A stretch of DNA of 64,000 nucleotides. It comes from Paenirhodobacter sp. (GTDB lineage Bacteria; Pseudomonadota; Alphaproteobacteria; Rhodobacterales; Rhodobacteraceae). The stretch lies in assembly GCF_041916475.1 (NCBI RefSeq), contig NZ_JAYRZN010000011.1, positions 26,053 through 90,052 on the forward strand. Reading direction: 5' to 3'. The notes beneath the pieces were generated by a model. The model saw only the letters and a list, made by a program, of their open reading frames with translations, had not been told where the DNA came from and did not search any database. The translations under genes were made by a program, and so were the position numbers. This document shows positions 10,761 to 21,043 of the stretch, one piece after another. Each line of letters starts with the position of its first letter. Position 1 is the stretch's first letter.

Positions 10761-11896
10761 TGACGCTGGACCTGAACGATCCTGTAATCCTGGGCGGGCT
10801 CGGCGTGGTGGCGCTGATCGTGCTGCTGCTGGTGCTGGTGCTGCGCGCGGCCGGGCGTTCGGCGCAGGCGACGGTGCCGCTCATGGCGCAGCTCGCGGCC
10901 CTCGGGCAGCGGGTGCAGTCGCTCTCGGACGGCCAGCAGCAGCTTTCGGGCGGGCTGCATCATGTGTCGGAGGCGCAGGCCGTCAGCCAGACCAAGATGA
11001 TCGCGCTGATGGAGCAGCGCCTCGCGCAGGTGAACCAGCAGATGACGGAGAGCCTGCAGGGCTCCGCGGTGCGCACGGCGCGGTCTCTGGGCGATCTGCA
11101 GCAGCGGCTGCAGGTGATCGACAAGGCTCAGGCCAATATCGAGAAGCTTTCGGGGAATGTACTGGGCCTGCAGGACATCCTTTCCAACAAGCAGACCCGC
11201 GGCGCCTTCGGCGAGATCCAGCTGAACGATATCGTGCACAAGGCGCTGCCCGCAGACAGCTACACGATGCAGGCGACGCTCTCGAACGGGCGGCGGGCGG
11301 ATTGCCTGATCCACCTCCCCAATCCGCCCGGGCCGATCGTGATCGACAGCAAGTTCCCGCTGGAGGCCTATGAGGCCCTGCGCCGCGCGGAGAACCAGAG
11401 CCAGCTGATCGAGGCGCAGCGGATGATGCGCATTGCCGTGCGCAGCCATATCAAGGCGATTTCGGAGAAATACCTGATCGAGGGCGAGACGGCGGACGGG
11501 GCGCTGATGTTCCTGCCCTCCGAGGCGGTCTATGCGGAGCTGCATGCGAATTTTCCCGAGCTGGTGCGGGAGGGCTTCGCGGCCAAGGTCTGGATCGTAT
11601 CGCCCACCACCTGCATGGCCACGCTGAACACGATGCGCGCCGTGCTGAAGGATGCGCGGATGCGCGAGCAGGCCGGCGCGATCCGCAAGGAGCTGGCCGC
11701 GCTCTACCAGGACGTGGACCGGCTGGGCGCGCGGGTGGCCAATCTGGACCGCCATTTCGGCCAGGCGGCGAAGGATATCGAGGAGATCAAGATCTCCGCC
11801 GAGAAGGCCGGGAAGCGCGCGCACCGGCTGGATAATTTCGATTTCGAGGAAATCGCGCAGGATCCGGCGCCGAAGTTGGTGCAGGTCCGGACGTGA
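10757..11896 (+). CDS. rmuC: DNA recombination protein RmuC
   Basis: N-terminal TM, coiled coil, RGAFGE, IDSKFP, MFLPSEA, SPTT. Confidence 0.92.
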   Translation: MMTLDLNDPVILGGLGVVALIVLLLVLVLRAAGRSAQATVPLMAQLAALGQRVQSLSDGQQQLSGGLHHVSEAQAVSQTKMIALMEQRLAQVNQQMTESLQGSAVRTARSLGDLQQRLQVIDKAQANIEKLSGNVLGLQDILSNKQTRGAFGEIQLNDIVHKALPADSYTMQATLSNGRRADCLIHLPNPPGPIVIDSKFPLEAYEALRRAENQSQLIEAQRMMRIAVRSHIKAISEKYLIEGETADGALMFLPSEAVYAELHANFPELVREGFAAKVWIVSPTTCMATLNTMRAVLKDARMREQAGAIRKELAALYQDVDRLGARVANLDRHFGQAAKDIEEIKISAEKAGKRAHRLDNFDFEEIAQDPAPKLVQVRT

Positions 11897-11957
11897 CCCT
11901 TTGCCGCTTGCGCGGCCGCGCCGTTGGGGCGAGAATATGCGGGTTACGGAGGATATC

Positions 11958-12305
11958 ATGCAGCTGCCGATCAGCCCCGGGAAGATCGCCCATATCATCA
12001 TCCGCGCCCGCAAATACGATGCGGACATGCCCGATGCCGGGCAAGGGCGGGAGCTGCGCGCCTTCATCGCCGCGCTGAACGAGGAAGAGCAGGCGGCGCT
12101 GACTGCGGTGATGTGGATCGGGCGCGAGACTTTCGAGCCCGAAGAGTTCGGCGAGGCCTTCGCCACTGCCCGCGCCGAGGCCACCGCGCCCACCGAAGAT
12201 TACCTGATGGGCATCCCGATGCTGTCGGATTACCTCGAGGATGGGCTGATCGCGCTCGGAATTTCACTCGAAGAGGCCGAAGAGGACGTGGATCGCCCGG
12301 TCTGA
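11958..12305 (+). CDS. DUF3775 domain protein
   Basis: LNEEEQAALTAVMWIGR...YLMGIPMLSDYLEDG; GGAGG RBS. Confidence 0.8.
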   Translation: MQLPISPGKIAHIIIRARKYDADMPDAGQGRELRAFIAALNEEEQAALTAVMWIGRETFEPEEFGEAFATARAEATAPTEDYLMGIPMLSDYLEDGLIALGISLEEAEEDVDRPV

Positions 12306-12372
12306 CCCTGTTCGCGCTTGACGCATTGCTGCGCTGCGGCAAGGCTGGCTCAGGCGGTTCAGGGGGTAGGCC

Positions 12373-14025
12373 ATGTCCGAGGTGGCGCTGGTCGTTCTGG
12401 CGGTGGCGGTGGCTGGCGGGTTCGGCCTGCTGATCGGCAATCTGCATTGGCGCGGCATTGGCCTCGGGATCGGCGGGGTGCTGTTTGCAGGCATTGCCGT
12501 CGGCCATGCGGCCGAGGCCACGGGCCTGCATCCGGATCCGGCGATGATGGAATTCATCCGCGAATTCGGCCTCATCCTGTTCGTGTTCTCCATCGGCATT
12601 CAGGTCGGGCCGGGGTTCTTCGCGGCCCTGCAGAGCACCGGGCTGCGGCTGAACCTGGCCGCGGGCGCGATCGTGGTGCTGGGCGTCGCGGTGACGGTGG
12701 CGCTGCATGCCGTGGCGGGCACGCCGCTGCCGGTGCTCCTTGGGCTGATGTCGGGGGCGGTGACGAATACGCCGGGCCTCGGCGCGGTCACGCAGGTGCT
12801 GAAGGACGCGGGGGCGGATCCGGCGGTGCTGGCGCTGCCGGGCCTTGGCTATGCGGTGGCCTATCCGTTCGGCATTCTGGGCACGCTGATCGCGATGCTG
12901 GCGCTGCGCGGGGCCCTGCGGATTTCGCTGCCCGCAGAGGCCGCGGCCTTCGATGCCGCCCGCCGGGCCGGGGCTGCGGCGCTGCCGGTGATGAATGTGG
13001 AGATCCGCAATCCGAATATCGCCGGGTTGCGCCTCGGCGCGGTGCCCGATCTGTTCGATGCGGGCGTGGTTGCCTCGCGGATGCGCAAGGCGGGCGGGCT
13101 GGTGGTGCCGGGGCGCGAGACGCTGGCCGAGATCGGCGATGTGCTGCATCTCGTCGGGCCCGCGGACCGGCTCCGCGCGATGCAGATCATTCTGGGCGCC
13201 GAGGTCGAGGCCGCGCTCACCACCCGCGGCACCGCGCTCACCTGGGGCCGCGTCATCGTCACCCGCAAGAAGCTGCTCGGGCGCAGGCTCGGCGCGCTCG
13301 CGCTGGCCGACAGCCATGGTGTCTCGATCTCGCGCATCGACCGCGCCGGGGTGGAGCTGCCCGCGCAGGCCGAAAGCGTGCTGCAATTCGGCGATGTGCT
13401 CACCGTCATCGGCCCGCCGGAGGGGCTCAAGGCGGTGCGCGCGATCCTGGGTGACGAGCGCCATGCGCTCGAGGAGGTGCAGTTCGCGGCGGTGCTGTTC
13501 GGCATCGCGCTCGGGGTGGCGCTCGGCTCGCTGCCGATCCTGCTGCCGGGCCTGCCCGCGCCGCTGAAGCTCGGGCTCGCGGGGGGGCCGCTGGTGGTGG
13601 CGCTGATCCTGGCGCGGATCGGGCATCTGGGGCCGCTGGTGTGGTATATGCCGCCGGTGGCGAACCAGGCGCTGCGCGAGCTCGGGATCGTGCTGTTCCT
13701 CTCGGTGGTGGGCATCAAGGCGGGCGGGCGCTTCATCGAAACGCTCGTGCATGGCGATGGGCTGGTCTGGATGGCGCAGGGCGTGCTGATCACGCTGATC
13801 CCGCTCCTGGTGGTGGGCTTTGCGGCGCGGCTGCTGTTCGGGTTCAATTACCTCACGCTTTGCGGGGTGATGGCCGGCTCGATGACCGATCCCCCGGCGC
13901 TCGCTTTCGCCAGCGGCATGAGCCCCTCGGCCGCGGCGGCCATCGGCTATGCGGCGGTCTATCCGCTGGTCATGTGCCTGCGGATCCTGGCCCCGCAGGT
14001 GATGCTTATCCTGTTGGCAAGCTGA
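12373..14025 (+). CDS. YidE/YbjL (AspT-family) putative antiporter with two TrkA-C domains
   Basis: EFGLILFVFSIG.QVGPGFF, GAVTNTPGLG, GSMTDPPAL, YAAVYP. Confidence 0.88.
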   Translation: MSEVALVVLAVAVAGGFGLLIGNLHWRGIGLGIGGVLFAGIAVGHAAEATGLHPDPAMMEFIREFGLILFVFSIGIQVGPGFFAALQSTGLRLNLAAGAIVVLGVAVTVALHAVAGTPLPVLLGLMSGAVTNTPGLGAVTQVLKDAGADPAVLALPGLGYAVAYPFGILGTLIAMLALRGALRISLPAEAAAFDAARRAGAAALPVMNVEIRNPNIAGLRLGAVPDLFDAGVVASRMRKAGGLVVPGRETLAEIGDVLHLVGPADRLRAMQIILGAEVEAALTTRGTALTWGRVIVTRKKLLGRRLGALALADSHGVSISRIDRAGVELPAQAESVLQFGDVLTVIGPPEGLKAVRAILGDERHALEEVQFAAVLFGIALGVALGSLPILLPGLPAPLKLGLAGGPLVVALILARIGHLGPLVWYMPPVANQALRELGIVLFLSVVGIKAGGRFIETLVHGDGLVWMAQGVLITLIPLLVVGFAARLLFGFNYLTLCGVMAGSMTDPPALAFASGMSPSAAAAIGYAAVYPLVMCLRILAPQVMLILLAS

Positions 14026-14043
14026 CAGAAATCCTGCACCAAA

Positions 14044-14061
14044 CTGTAACCTGCACGTCAT
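14044..14061 (+). promoter_or_regulatory. Possible Pho box (PhoB site)
   Basis: CTGTAAC-ctgc-ACGTCAT; 11-bp spaced half-sites resembling CTGTCAT, upstream of a phytase-like gene. Confidence 0.4.
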
Positions 14062-14104
14062 GCGCGCGCCGTACCACCCCTGCGAACCGAAGCAGGAGTA
14101 CCCT

Positions 14105-15442
14105 ATGCGCCTTTCCCTTGCCCTCACCCTTGGCTGCGCCTTTGCCGCGCCGGCCCTGGCCGAACAGACCTTCCCCGCGACGCTTGCCGGCCATGCGGTG
14201 CTGCCCGCGATGAGCATGCTCGCCCCGCCCGCCGATGCGCCGCGCGATGCCTGGGTCTCGGGCAAGTTCACCGGAAAGGCCCGCAACGAGGTGCCGATGA
14301 GCATCGAAGGCGATGTGGGCAAGGATTACGGCGCACACAAGACCGGCATTTCGCTGCCGTTCCTCGGCCAGCCGGTGCAGGGGATGTCGGGCTTCGCCAT
14401 GACCCGCGCCGCCGATGGCAGCTGGTTCACCCTGACCGATAACGGCTTTGGCACCAAGGCGAACAGCCCCGATGCGATGCTGTTCTTCCACAAGATGAAA
14501 CCCGATTTCACCACCGGCAAGGTCACCCGCGTGGCCACCGTGTTCCTGCGCGACCCGGATCACAAGGTGCCGTTCCGCATCGCCTATGAGGGCACCGAGA
14601 GCCGTTACCTGACCGGCGCCGATTTCGACCCGGAAAGCATCCAGTATCTGGAGGGCGAGATCTGGATCGGCGATGAATTCGGCCCCTGGCTGATCCGCGC
14701 GAGCGAGGATGGCCGGGTGCTCGCCGTCTATCCGACGAAGCTCGACGGCAAGCTCCTGACCGGCCCCGATACCGCGGGCACGGTGGTTCCGGCGCAGCCG
14801 GGCAAGGATTATCAGGTTCAGCGCTCGGGCGGCTACGAGGGCATGGGCCTGCAGCCCGGCACCGGCCTCCTCTGGGCGCTGCTGGAAAAGCCGCTGCTCA
14901 CGGAGGGCGGCATGGAGCCCTTCTCGCGCATCCTCACCTTCGACACGAAGGCGGGCGACTGGACCGGCAAGAGCTACAAGTTCCGGCTCGCCGAGGGCGC
15001 AAAGGCGATCGGCGATTTCAATTTCATCGACGCCACCCGCGCCCTGATCATCGAGCGCGACAATGGCGAGGGCGATGCGGCGAAAGCCTGCGCGGAGGGC
15101 CAGGACAAGGCCGCCTGCTATCCGAACCCGGCGAAGGTGAAGAACATCGTGCTCGTCGATACGGCGCAGGTGGATGCCGAGGGCTTCATCAGGCGGATCG
15201 GCCATATCGACCTGATGAACATCGCCGATCCGGAGGGCAATGCGCTGTCCGGCCTGCATCCGGCGGAGGGCCCGTTCACCTTCCCGTTCTTCACCATCGA
15301 GGATGTGGCCCGGGTGGACGAGAGCCATATTCTGGTGGCGAACGACAACAACCTGCCCTTCTCCGGCGGGCGCGAGATCGGCCGCGCGGCGGATAACGAG
15401 TTCATCCTGCTCTCGGTGCCGGAGCTCCTCGGCGCGAAGTGA
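14105..15442 (+). CDS. Secreted esterase-like-activity-of-phytase family protein
   Basis: Signal peptide (APALA); LTDNGFG, DPESI, DEFGP, GGYEGM, NDNN motifs. Confidence 0.82.
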   Translation: MRLSLALTLGCAFAAPALAEQTFPATLAGHAVLPAMSMLAPPADAPRDAWVSGKFTGKARNEVPMSIEGDVGKDYGAHKTGISLPFLGQPVQGMSGFAMTRAADGSWFTLTDNGFGTKANSPDAMLFFHKMKPDFTTGKVTRVATVFLRDPDHKVPFRIAYEGTESRYLTGADFDPESIQYLEGEIWIGDEFGPWLIRASEDGRVLAVYPTKLDGKLLTGPDTAGTVVPAQPGKDYQVQRSGGYEGMGLQPGTGLLWALLEKPLLTEGGMEPFSRILTFDTKAGDWTGKSYKFRLAEGAKAIGDFNFIDATRALIIERDNGEGDAAKACAEGQDKAACYPNPAKVKNIVLVDTAQVDAEGFIRRIGHIDLMNIADPEGNALSGLHPAEGPFTFPFFTIEDVARVDESHILVANDNNLPFSGGREIGRAADNEFILLSVPELLGAK

Positions 15443-15444
15443 GC

Positions 15445-17202
15445 CTAATCGGCCCTGGGCGTGGTGATCGCGCCCTCGGCCACCATCTGCGCGAACAGCC
15501 CGCCCGCATGGGCGAGCTCCGCGAAGGTGCCGCGCTCCACGATCCGGCCCTGACGGAATACGAGGATCAGATCGGCACCCGCCACGGTAGAGAGCCGGTG
15601 CGCGATGATCAGCGTGGTGCGGCTGGCGCGTACCGTGTCGATCGCGCGCTTGATCCGCGCCTCGGTGACCGGGTCGAGGGCGGAAGTGGCCTCGTCCAGT
15701 ACCAGGATCGGCGCGTTCTTCAGGATCGCGCGGGCGAGCGCGAGGCGCTGCCGCTCGCCGCCCGAAAGCGCCGCGCCCCGCTCGCCGATGACGAAATCAT
15801 AGCCGCCGGGCTTGCGGCGGATGAAATCATCGGCCTCGGCGAGGCGCGCGGCCTCCTCCACCTCGGCCATGCTGGCGCCGGGCTTGCCGACGCGGATGTT
15901 CTCCGCGATCGAGCGGTTGAACAGCCCCGCCTCCTGAAACACGGTGGCGATATTGTCGCGCAGCGATTGCAGCGTGATGCCGGTGATCGGCTGCCCGTCG
16001 ATGCGGATTTCGCCCATATCCGGGTCGCGCAGCCGCTGCAGCAGCGCAAGGCAGGTGGTCTTGCCCGCCCCCGTCGGGCCGACGAAGGCCACCGTCTGGC
16101 CGGGCTGGATCTCCACATCCACATCGAACACGCCCTGATCGCTGTCGGGGAAGCGGTAGCTGACGGCATCGAAGCGGATATGCCCGGCGGGGGGCGCGGC
16201 GAAGGGCGTGGCGCCCGGGGTCTCGGCCACTTCCGCGGTGGCATCCAGCAGGCCGAAATAGCTGCGCAGCACCGGCGTCTGGCGGAACAGATTGGTGACG
16301 AAGGAGGCGAGCTGGTCGAGCTGCCCCACCAGCAGCCCGGCGAAGGCGCCGAAAGAGACGATCTCGCCCACGGTGATCTCGCCCTGCTGCGCGAGCATGG
16401 CGCCCACGCCGAAGATCACCACCATGGTCAGGGTGGCGGCCGCGCGGGTCAGCACGGTGAGGAGGCCCCACCAGGTCAGCACCGGATATTGCGCGGCCAG
16501 AAGCGAGGAGGCCAGCGCCCGCATTTCGTTCATTTCCATGGCGAAGCGGCCGAAGCTCTGGACCACGGTGACATTGCCGAGCACATCGCCCACCCGGCTG
16601 AAGAGCGCGTTCGAGACCTGCTCCACCGCGCGCTGGCCGCGGTCGGTCTTGTGGACGACGAGGATATTGGCGGCGAGATAGGCCGCCCCGAGCGCGAGCA
16701 GCACCGAGGCCATCCGCGCATCCATGGAAAAGGCGGTGGGGATCATCAGCAGCACGCCCATGAGCGCGGTGAGCTGCTGGCGCAAGGCGCCGAGCCAGAT
16801 CGCAAACAGCGCATCCGTGCCCGACAGGATCGCCCGCACCACCGCGCCGGTGCCCGCCCGGGCGTGATAGCTGATCGGCAGGGTGATCGCCTGCGAGAAG
16901 GCCCGCGCCAGCGCTGCCATCCGCGCGCGGTGCGCGAGCCGGTCCGAGGCGATGGCCAGAACCGCGCTGGAGCCGATGCCGATGAGCCCAAAGGCCGCCC
17001 ACAACCCGATCAGCGCGAAGGCGCCCGCCCCTTCGGCCAGCCGGTCCACCATGCGCCCGAAGATCACCGGCTCGGCCAGCTGGACCACGGCCACGCCAGC
17101 CCCGGCCACCGCCAGCGCGATCGCAAGGACTTTCTCGCCTGCGAGGAGCCGCAGCGCGCGGCGATAGGCTTCCCAGGTTCCGGGTCCGGTCGGGTCGGGC
17201 AT
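15445..17202 (-). CDS. NdvA/ChvA-like ABC exporter (TMD+NBD), cyclic beta-glucan exporter family
   Basis: AEPVIFGRMVD and DRLAHR..LP...H TMD signature; GPTGAGKTT, LSGGERQR, LDEATSALD; GGAGG RBS. Confidence 0.7.
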   Translation of the reverse strand: MPDPTGPGTWEAYRRALRLLAGEKVLAIALAVAGAGVAVVQLAEPVIFGRMVDRLAEGAGAFALIGLWAAFGLIGIGSSAVLAIASDRLAHRARMAALARAFSQAITLPISYHARAGTGAVVRAILSGTDALFAIWLGALRQQLTALMGVLLMIPTAFSMDARMASVLLALGAAYLAANILVVHKTDRGQRAVEQVSNALFSRVGDVLGNVTVVQSFGRFAMEMNEMRALASSLLAAQYPVLTWWGLLTVLTRAAATLTMVVIFGVGAMLAQQGEITVGEIVSFGAFAGLLVGQLDQLASFVTNLFRQTPVLRSYFGLLDATAEVAETPGATPFAAPPAGHIRFDAVSYRFPDSDQGVFDVDVEIQPGQTVAFVGPTGAGKTTCLALLQRLRDPDMGEIRIDGQPITGITLQSLRDNIATVFQEAGLFNRSIAENIRVGKPGASMAEVEEAARLAEADDFIRRKPGGYDFVIGERGAALSGGERQRLALARAILKNAPILVLDEATSALDPVTEARIKRAIDTVRASRTTLIIAHRLSTVAGADLILVFRQGRIVERGTFAELAHAGGLFAQMVAEGAITTPRAD

Positions 17203-17246
17203 GGATCCTCCGTTTGGGAAAGTGCTGCGGCAGCGCGGCGCATCTG

Positions 17247-17927
17247 TCAATCGGGCAGATGCGCGCGCAGGCTTTTGGCGATCAGGGCGGCAACCCCGTC
17301 ATGCTCGCCCACAGCGGGCAGCAGGCGCCCCGCGAAGCCCGCCTGCCGCAGGGCTTCGGGGATGTCGTGGTCCACATGCGAGGCGCGGAGCGCGAAGAAC
17401 GGCAGGCACAGCCCGCCATGGCTGCGCGCAGCGGTATCGGCGATGAAGGGCGGCTCTTCGATGAAGGCGGGCAGCACCCGCCAGAACCGGGTGGCGCGGC
17501 GCAGATGGGCCGCCATGGCGAAGGTGGTGGCCTTGGCCTGGCCCGGGCTGCGCGAGCCATGCGCGGCGAGGATGAGATCGGCGCGCGCGGGATCGAGCCC
17601 GGCCTCCGCGGCGGCCTGCGTGACGATCCGCGTCACCAGCCCGGGCAGGGCGGGCTCCAGCCCGAAGGGCGGCAGGATCCGCGCCGCGCGGCCACCCAGC
17701 CTGCGCGGCAGCTCGCGCCGGGTGAACCAGCCCTCGGCCATGAAGAACGGATAGACGATGACCGGCCCATCCACAGCCGCCTCCAATGCGCCGGGCGCGG
17801 CCAAGGTGGCGGCGGAGACGGGCGCGCCGAGCTGCGCCGCCACAGCGCGCGCCAGCGCCCCGAGCGCCGCTTCGGGCGGGGCCGGATCCGAGGGTGAGCC
17901 ATGGGCGACGATCAGGAAGCGGGTCAT
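17247..17927 (-). CDS. CbiX/SirB family chelatase-like protein
   Basis: Two HGS-containing halves, PFFMAEGWF, HVDHDIP. Confidence 0.75.
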   Translation of the reverse strand: MTRFLIVAHGSPSDPAPPEAALGALARAVAAQLGAPVSAATLAAPGALEAAVDGPVIVYPFFMAEGWFTRRELPRRLGGRAARILPPFGLEPALPGLVTRIVTQAAAEAGLDPARADLILAAHGSRSPGQAKATTFAMAAHLRRATRFWRVLPAFIEEPPFIADTAARSHGGLCLPFFALRASHVDHDIPEALRQAGFAGRLLPAVGEHDGVAALIAKSLRAHLPD

Positions 17928-18033
17928 GGCCCCAAGCTAGCGCAGGAGCCGGGAAGAGCAATGGATCGGAATCGTTTCATATTTTCCGGATCTTTGCTTT
18001 GCGGCGAATCGATCTTCGGGGTAGAGATTGGGT

Positions 18034-18150
18034 GTCCGGCCAGGATGGCCAGAACCCGATAGAATTCATGGTTCCATGTGGTGCAGTGGGTGTGCACATG
18101 GGGGTGAAGGAGGGTCCTGGTAGGGGTGCCGGGGCCCTCCAACTATTTTG
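18034..18150 (+). ncRNA. Candidate intergenic small RNA (unassigned)
   Basis: TTGCGG-N17-TAGAGA at 17999-18027; hairpins at 18038-18050, 18074-18101 and 18109-18140, the last followed by AACTATTTT. Confidence 0.35.
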
Positions 18151-18251
18151 GCCACAGGGTTTTGCGCGGGGCAGGCGCCAGAGCAGCCCATATAGCCCAA
18201 GGCTGCGCGCCCCCGATGCCCTGCGCCGCGCGCGGCACAGGGCGCTGCCGC

Positions 18252-18671
18252 TCAGGGCGCGATCCCGGCCATGTCGCAGACAATCCGCCATTCCTCTTCG
18301 GTCACCGGCTGTACCGAGAGCCGCATCGAGGTCACCAGAGACATCTCCGCCAGCCGCGGCGCGGCCTTCACATCGGCCAGCGTCACCGGGCGCGCCACCG
18401 GGCGCAGGGCGCGGATGTCCACACAGTCCCAGCGGGGGTCCTCGGTGGTGGTGTCGTGGTGGGCCTCGGCGCAGACCTCGGCGATGCCGACGATCTCCTT
18501 GCCCTGGTTCGAATGGTAGAAGAAGCCCTGATCGCCCAGCTTCATCGCGCGCATGTTGTTGCGCGCGAGATAGTTGCGCACGCCGTCCCACTGTTCGCCC
18601 GCCGCGCCCTTCGCGACAAGGTCATCCCAGGAGAAGACGTCGGGCTCGGATTTGAACAGCCATTTCGCCAT
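18252..18671 (-). CDS. EVE domain protein
   Basis: WLFKSEP..FSW, WDGVRNY.ARN, FFYHS, RLSVQPV. Confidence 0.93.
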   Translation of the reverse strand: MAKWLFKSEPDVFSWDDLVAKGAAGEQWDGVRNYLARNNMRAMKLGDQGFFYHSNQGKEIVGIAEVCAEAHHDTTTEDPRWDCVDIRALRPVARPVTLADVKAAPRLAEMSLVTSMRLSVQPVTEEEWRIVCDMAGIAP

Positions 18672-18937
18672 CAGCCCATCACCCGCTTCCATTCGGTGAT
18701 GGTGACGCTCTCGAACAGGCCGGCCTTGGCATAGGGGTCGTTTGCGGCGAAATCTTCGGCCACCTCGCGGCTGCCTTCGACGATCACCAGCGAGCCGACC
18801 ATGGCGCCTTCCTCCAGCATCGGCCCGGCGAGGAACACCACGCCGCTCGCCTTCGCATAGGCCAGGTGGGCGTCGCGGTTGTCGAGCCGGGTTTGCAGGG
18901 CGCCGGGCTTGTCGCGGCAGATCAGTGCGAAATACAT
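18671..18937 (-). CDS. YCII-related domain protein
   Basis: CRDKPG...R..HLAY, AGP, GSL, DPYAKAGLF. Confidence 0.88.
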   Translation of the reverse strand: MYFALICRDKPGALQTRLDNRDAHLAYAKASGVVFLAGPMLEEGAMVGSLVIVEGSREVAEDFAANDPYAKAGLFESVTITEWKRVMG

Positions 18938-18938
18938 G

Positions 18939-19883
18939 TCATTCCTCCTTGAGCGGGCGCGACAGCAGCGCCTGAGTGGCCTCGGCCACGGTGATGCGTT
19001 GGGCGCAGAGCGCGGTGACCATGGCCGCGACCGGCATTTCCAGGCCGAGCCCCTGCGCGAGCCGGACCGCGGCCGCGGCCGTGGCCACGCCCTCGACGGT
19101 GAGCGCAGGGTCGATGGCCACGCCCTGGCCGAGCGCGAGGCCATGGCGAAAGTTGCGCGACTGCGCCGAGGTGCAGGTGAGCACCAGATCGCCGAAGCCC
19201 GACAGGCCGGCGAGCGTTTCGGGCCGGGCGCCCATGCGGCAGGCGAGCCGGGTCATTTCGGCAAAGCCGCGCGTCATCAGCGCGGCGCGGGCCGAATCGC
19301 CCAAGCTGGCGCCGATCACCACCCCGGCGGCGATGGCGATCACGTTCTTCAGCGCGCCGCCGAGCTCCGCCCCGGTGGTATCCGTGGTGCGATAGAGCCG
19401 CAGCGTGGGCGTCGAGAGCTCCGCCTGCAGGGCCGCCCCCTCCTGCGCGCAGGCCAGTGTCAGCGCCGTGGGCAGGCCGCGGGCGATATCGGCGGCGAAG
19501 CTCGGCCCGGTCAGGATCGCGGGCAGCGCTTCGGGGCAGGCGCTCCGGATCAGCGCCACCGGCCCCTGTCCGGTCGCGAGGTCGATGCCCTTGGAGCAGG
19601 CCACCAGCCGCCGCCCGTTCAGAAGCGCACGGTGCTGCGCGAGGAAGGCGCCCATCTGCTGCATCGGCATTGCGAGCAGATAGGTATCGGCCTGCGGCAG
19701 CTCCGCCGTTAGCGCCACATTGCCGGGCAGGGCGGCGCCGGGCAGGCGGCGCGCGTTCTGGCGGCTGCGGCGCATTTCGGCCACATGCCCGGCATCGCGC
19801 GCCCAGAGGCTGACGGCGCCATTCTGCGCCAGCGTGATCGCCAGCGCCGTGCCGAAGGCCCCCGCGCCCAGAACCGCGATCAT
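18939..19883 (-). CDS. gpsA: NAD(P)H-dependent glycerol-3-phosphate dehydrogenase
   Basis: [28 protein letters not shown]. Confidence 0.95.
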   Translation of the reverse strand: MIAVLGAGAFGTALAITLAQNGAVSLWARDAGHVAEMRRSRQNARRLPGAALPGNVALTAELPQADTYLLAMPMQQMGAFLAQHRALLNGRRLVACSKGIDLATGQGPVALIRSACPEALPAILTGPSFAADIARGLPTALTLACAQEGAALQAELSTPTLRLYRTTDTTGAELGGALKNVIAIAAGVVIGASLGDSARAALMTRGFAEMTRLACRMGARPETLAGLSGFGDLVLTCTSAQSRNFRHGLALGQGVAIDPALTVEGVATAAAAVRLAQGLGLEMPVAAMVTALCAQRITVAEATQALLSRPLKEE

Positions 19884-20971
19884 GCCTTGGCCCCCTTCTT
19901 GCCGGAGCCGAGCATCGCGGGCGCGGTATCGTCCAGCGGCCAGCGCGGCCGCGCGCCGAGGGCCATCCCGTCCACATGGCCGAGGGCGAATCGCTGGATC
20001 CCGGCGAAGGCGATCATCGCCGCATTATCGGTGCACAGCCGCAGCGGCGGCGCCACGAAGCGCGCCCCGGCGGCGCCCGCCACATCCTCGAGCCGCGCCC
20101 GGATCGCCCGGTTCGCGGCGACCCCGCCCGCCACCGCGATGGCGGGCTGCGCAGGCGTGAGCGCCATATATTCCCGCAATGCGCGGCGGGATTTTTCCGC
20201 CAGCACGTCGCAGACGGCGGCCTGAAACCCGGCGCACAGGTCCGCGCGGGCCTGCCGCGTGAGCCCGCCGCGCTCCGCCACGGCGGCATCGCGCGCGCGC
20301 AGCAGCGCGGTCTTCAGCCCGGAGAAAGACATGTCGCAGCCCGGCCGGTCCAGCAGCGGGCGCGGGAAGTGCACCGCATTCGGGTCCCCCGCCAGCGCCT
20401 CGCGCTCGACGGAGGGGCCGCCCGGCTGCGGCAGGCCGAGGAGTTTTGCGGTCTTGTCGAAGGCCTCGCCGGGGGCGTCGTCGATGGTGCCGCCGATACG
20501 ACTGAAATCCTCGGGCCCGCGCACGATCAGGAACTGGCAGTGCCCGCCCGAAACGAGGAGCAGCAGGTAGGGGAAGGAAAGCCCGTCGGTCAGCTGCGGG
20601 GTGAGCGCATGGCCCGCCAGATGGTTCACCCCCACCAGCGGCAGCCCCGCCCCTGCGGCGATGCCCTTGGCGCACATCACCCCCGACATCACCCCGCCGA
20701 TGAGCCCCGGCCCTGCGGTCACGGCGACACCATCGAGCGCGCGCAGGCCGATCCCGGCCTCGGCCAGCGCCTCCTCCACGCAGTGGTCCAGCTTTTCGGC
20801 ATGGGCGCGGGCAGCGATCTCGGGCACTACCCCGCCAAAGGGGGCATGCAGCGCCGTCTGCCCGGCCACCACGGAGGACAGCACCTGCGCGACGCCCCCC
20901 TCCAGCCGCACGATGGCGGCTGCGGTATCGTCGCAGCTCGATTCGATGCCGAGGAAGGTCAGCGGTCTCAT
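19880..20971 (-). CDS. tsaD: tRNA t6A threonylcarbamoyltransferase
   Basis: [39 protein letters not shown]. Confidence 0.97.
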   Translation of the reverse strand: MRPLTFLGIESSCDDTAAAIVRLEGGVAQVLSSVVAGQTALHAPFGGVVPEIAARAHAEKLDHCVEEALAEAGIGLRALDGVAVTAGPGLIGGVMSGVMCAKGIAAGAGLPLVGVNHLAGHALTPQLTDGLSFPYLLLLVSGGHCQFLIVRGPEDFSRIGGTIDDAPGEAFDKTAKLLGLPQPGGPSVEREALAGDPNAVHFPRPLLDRPGCDMSFSGLKTALLRARDAAVAERGGLTRQARADLCAGFQAAVCDVLAEKSRRALREYMALTPAQPAIAVAGGVAANRAIRARLEDVAGAAGARFVAPPLRLCTDNAAMIAFAGIQRFALGHVDGMALGARPRWPLDDTAPAMLGSGKKGAKA

Positions 20972-21043
20972 GGCGCTCCGGTTGCGCGGGTTTCCCTTCG
21001 CAGGTAACACCGGGGGCGTGTCCAGACAATCCCGCGAGCCGAT

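Noticed and set aside
17928-18251. Cobalamin riboswitch upstream of cbiX (also looked upstream of exbB)
   Set aside because: No B12-box elements (GGGAA, GCCCCCGCAACTGT, AGxCAGxAxAC) found on the expected strand.
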